From the human T2T-CHM13v2.0 reference genome, Homo sapiens, in assembly GCF_009914755.1 (NCBI RefSeq), contig NC_060925.1: a stretch of 64,000 bases of DNA; one strand, 5' to 3'. Below, piece after piece: positions 62,911 through 64,000 of the stretch. The stretch's first letter is position 1. Each line of letters begins with the position of its first letter. The notes below the pieces were generated by a model. That model worked only from the letters and a program-made list of their open reading frames with translations, was not told the origin of the DNA and did not search any database. The translations under genes and the position numbers were made by a program.

Positions 62911-63741
62911 TCTAGAAAGTCCAGGAAACCAGGCCTCTGCCCTCTTTCTTTTCTTTTGATGGTGTCAGGGAAGGGAGGTGGGGTCTTTGGGGCATCCTGA
63001 GGAGCTGGGTGCAGGGAGGGGTTGCTGGGTGTTCCCAGTTCCCATCCAGATGTTCCCCCCAGGCAGCCATCTCTGGCCTCAGTTTGATATCTGGGACTAC
63101 TAGTGTAGATGGGGTTTGTCACTGTACCCTTCACCCAGAGGGTCCCAGGTCTAGCAGAGCTTGGCATGACCTCGCAGGGTTTGTGGGACAAGGCTGCTGT
63201 GTTCCACTCTTCCCTTCTCTCCACAGAGCCCTGGGCCGGTGTCTCCCTGGCATCAGTGCCCCTGCCGGTAATGGAGGGCCTCGTGGTGGGCTGTGTCCTC
63301 ACCATCTGTGCTGTGCTGGGCCTGCTGTGCTGGAGGCGGGTGAAGGGGCAGAGGTGAGTGGGAGGGAAGGCTGGGGGCTGGGGAGAACTTCATGACCAGA
63401 GTGGGCCAGCTCCCTGCCCCTGGGGCTGCCTCCCACGTGCCCCCTCACCCTTTGCAGGGCAGGGAAGAATCCATTTTCCCAAGAGCTGACAGCTTACAAC
63501 CTGCGGTGAGTGCATTTTCCTGCACCTCCCTGCCTTGTGGGGGCCATGGTGGCATTGCTGAAGCTCCTCTGGCCCCCATTCTGCTGTGACTGTGTCCCAG
63601 TCAGGGGGTTGCAAGGCTCTGCCAGACCCCCATTCTTCCTCAGCCACCACACCTCCCCAAATGCCTTTTCAATGCCTGGACCTCTCGCTCCCCACTCCTC
63701 TCTGCCCATGTGGCCTCTTCCTCCTCCAAATGCACTCATAC

Positions 63742-64000
63742 ATAAGTCAGGGCTTTCCAGAGAAACAGAACAAACAGGGTGTATGTGGAGAGAGGAGAGA
63801 GGAGAGCAGGGAGAGAGGAGGAAGGAGAGCAGGGAAAGAGAGGACAGGAAGGTGGGGGAGATGAGAGGAGAGGAAAGGGAGAGAGGGGGAAGAGACAGAT
63901 GTTGAGGAATTGGCTCATGTGATTGTGGAGGCTTGGTGAGTCCAGGAATCTGGGGTAGACCAGCAGGCCAAAGGCTCTGGGAAGCGTCTGGAGGCAGCCT
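63742..64000 (-). mobile_element. MLT2 (ERVL) LTR, truncated by the window end
   Basis: agtcagggctttccagagaaacagaac...gaggaattggctcatgtgattgtggaggct. Confidence 0.75.

Overview
Human genomic DNA, recognisable as chr1q32.1: GC-rich and very Alu-dense. Three intact genes were reconstructed exon by exon with GT-AG junctions and consistent phases: GPR37L1 (+, 2 coding exons, 481 aa), ARL8A (-, 7 coding exons, 186 aa, CpG-island promoter) and PTPN7/HePTP (-, 360 aa from the exon-2 ATG, with in-frame upstream starts giving 399 and 465 aa). The 5' part of the unitary pseudogene PTPRVP (OST-PTP/ESP; +) follows, with 17 mappable exons: signal peptide, FN3 repeats, transmembrane and juxtamembrane region; the phosphatase domains lie beyond the window. 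Main observations: (1) the frame-breaking PTPRVP lesions sit in skippable phase-1 exons, so a 715-codon stop-free splice path exists, and a secreted single-FN3 product is also possible; (2) three PTPRVP donors carry the same CpG-type GT>AT change; (3) a solo HERV-E LTR2, an AluY and a 157-bp templated duplication surround the PTPRVP start exon; (4) a 572-bp palindromic AT-rich element; (5) a ~190-bp non-Alu inverted repeat between PTPN7 and PTPRVP; (6) tail-to-tail overlap of the GPR37L1 and ARL8A 3' ends. Repeat family names and comparisons with rodent proteins are from memory, not from database searches.
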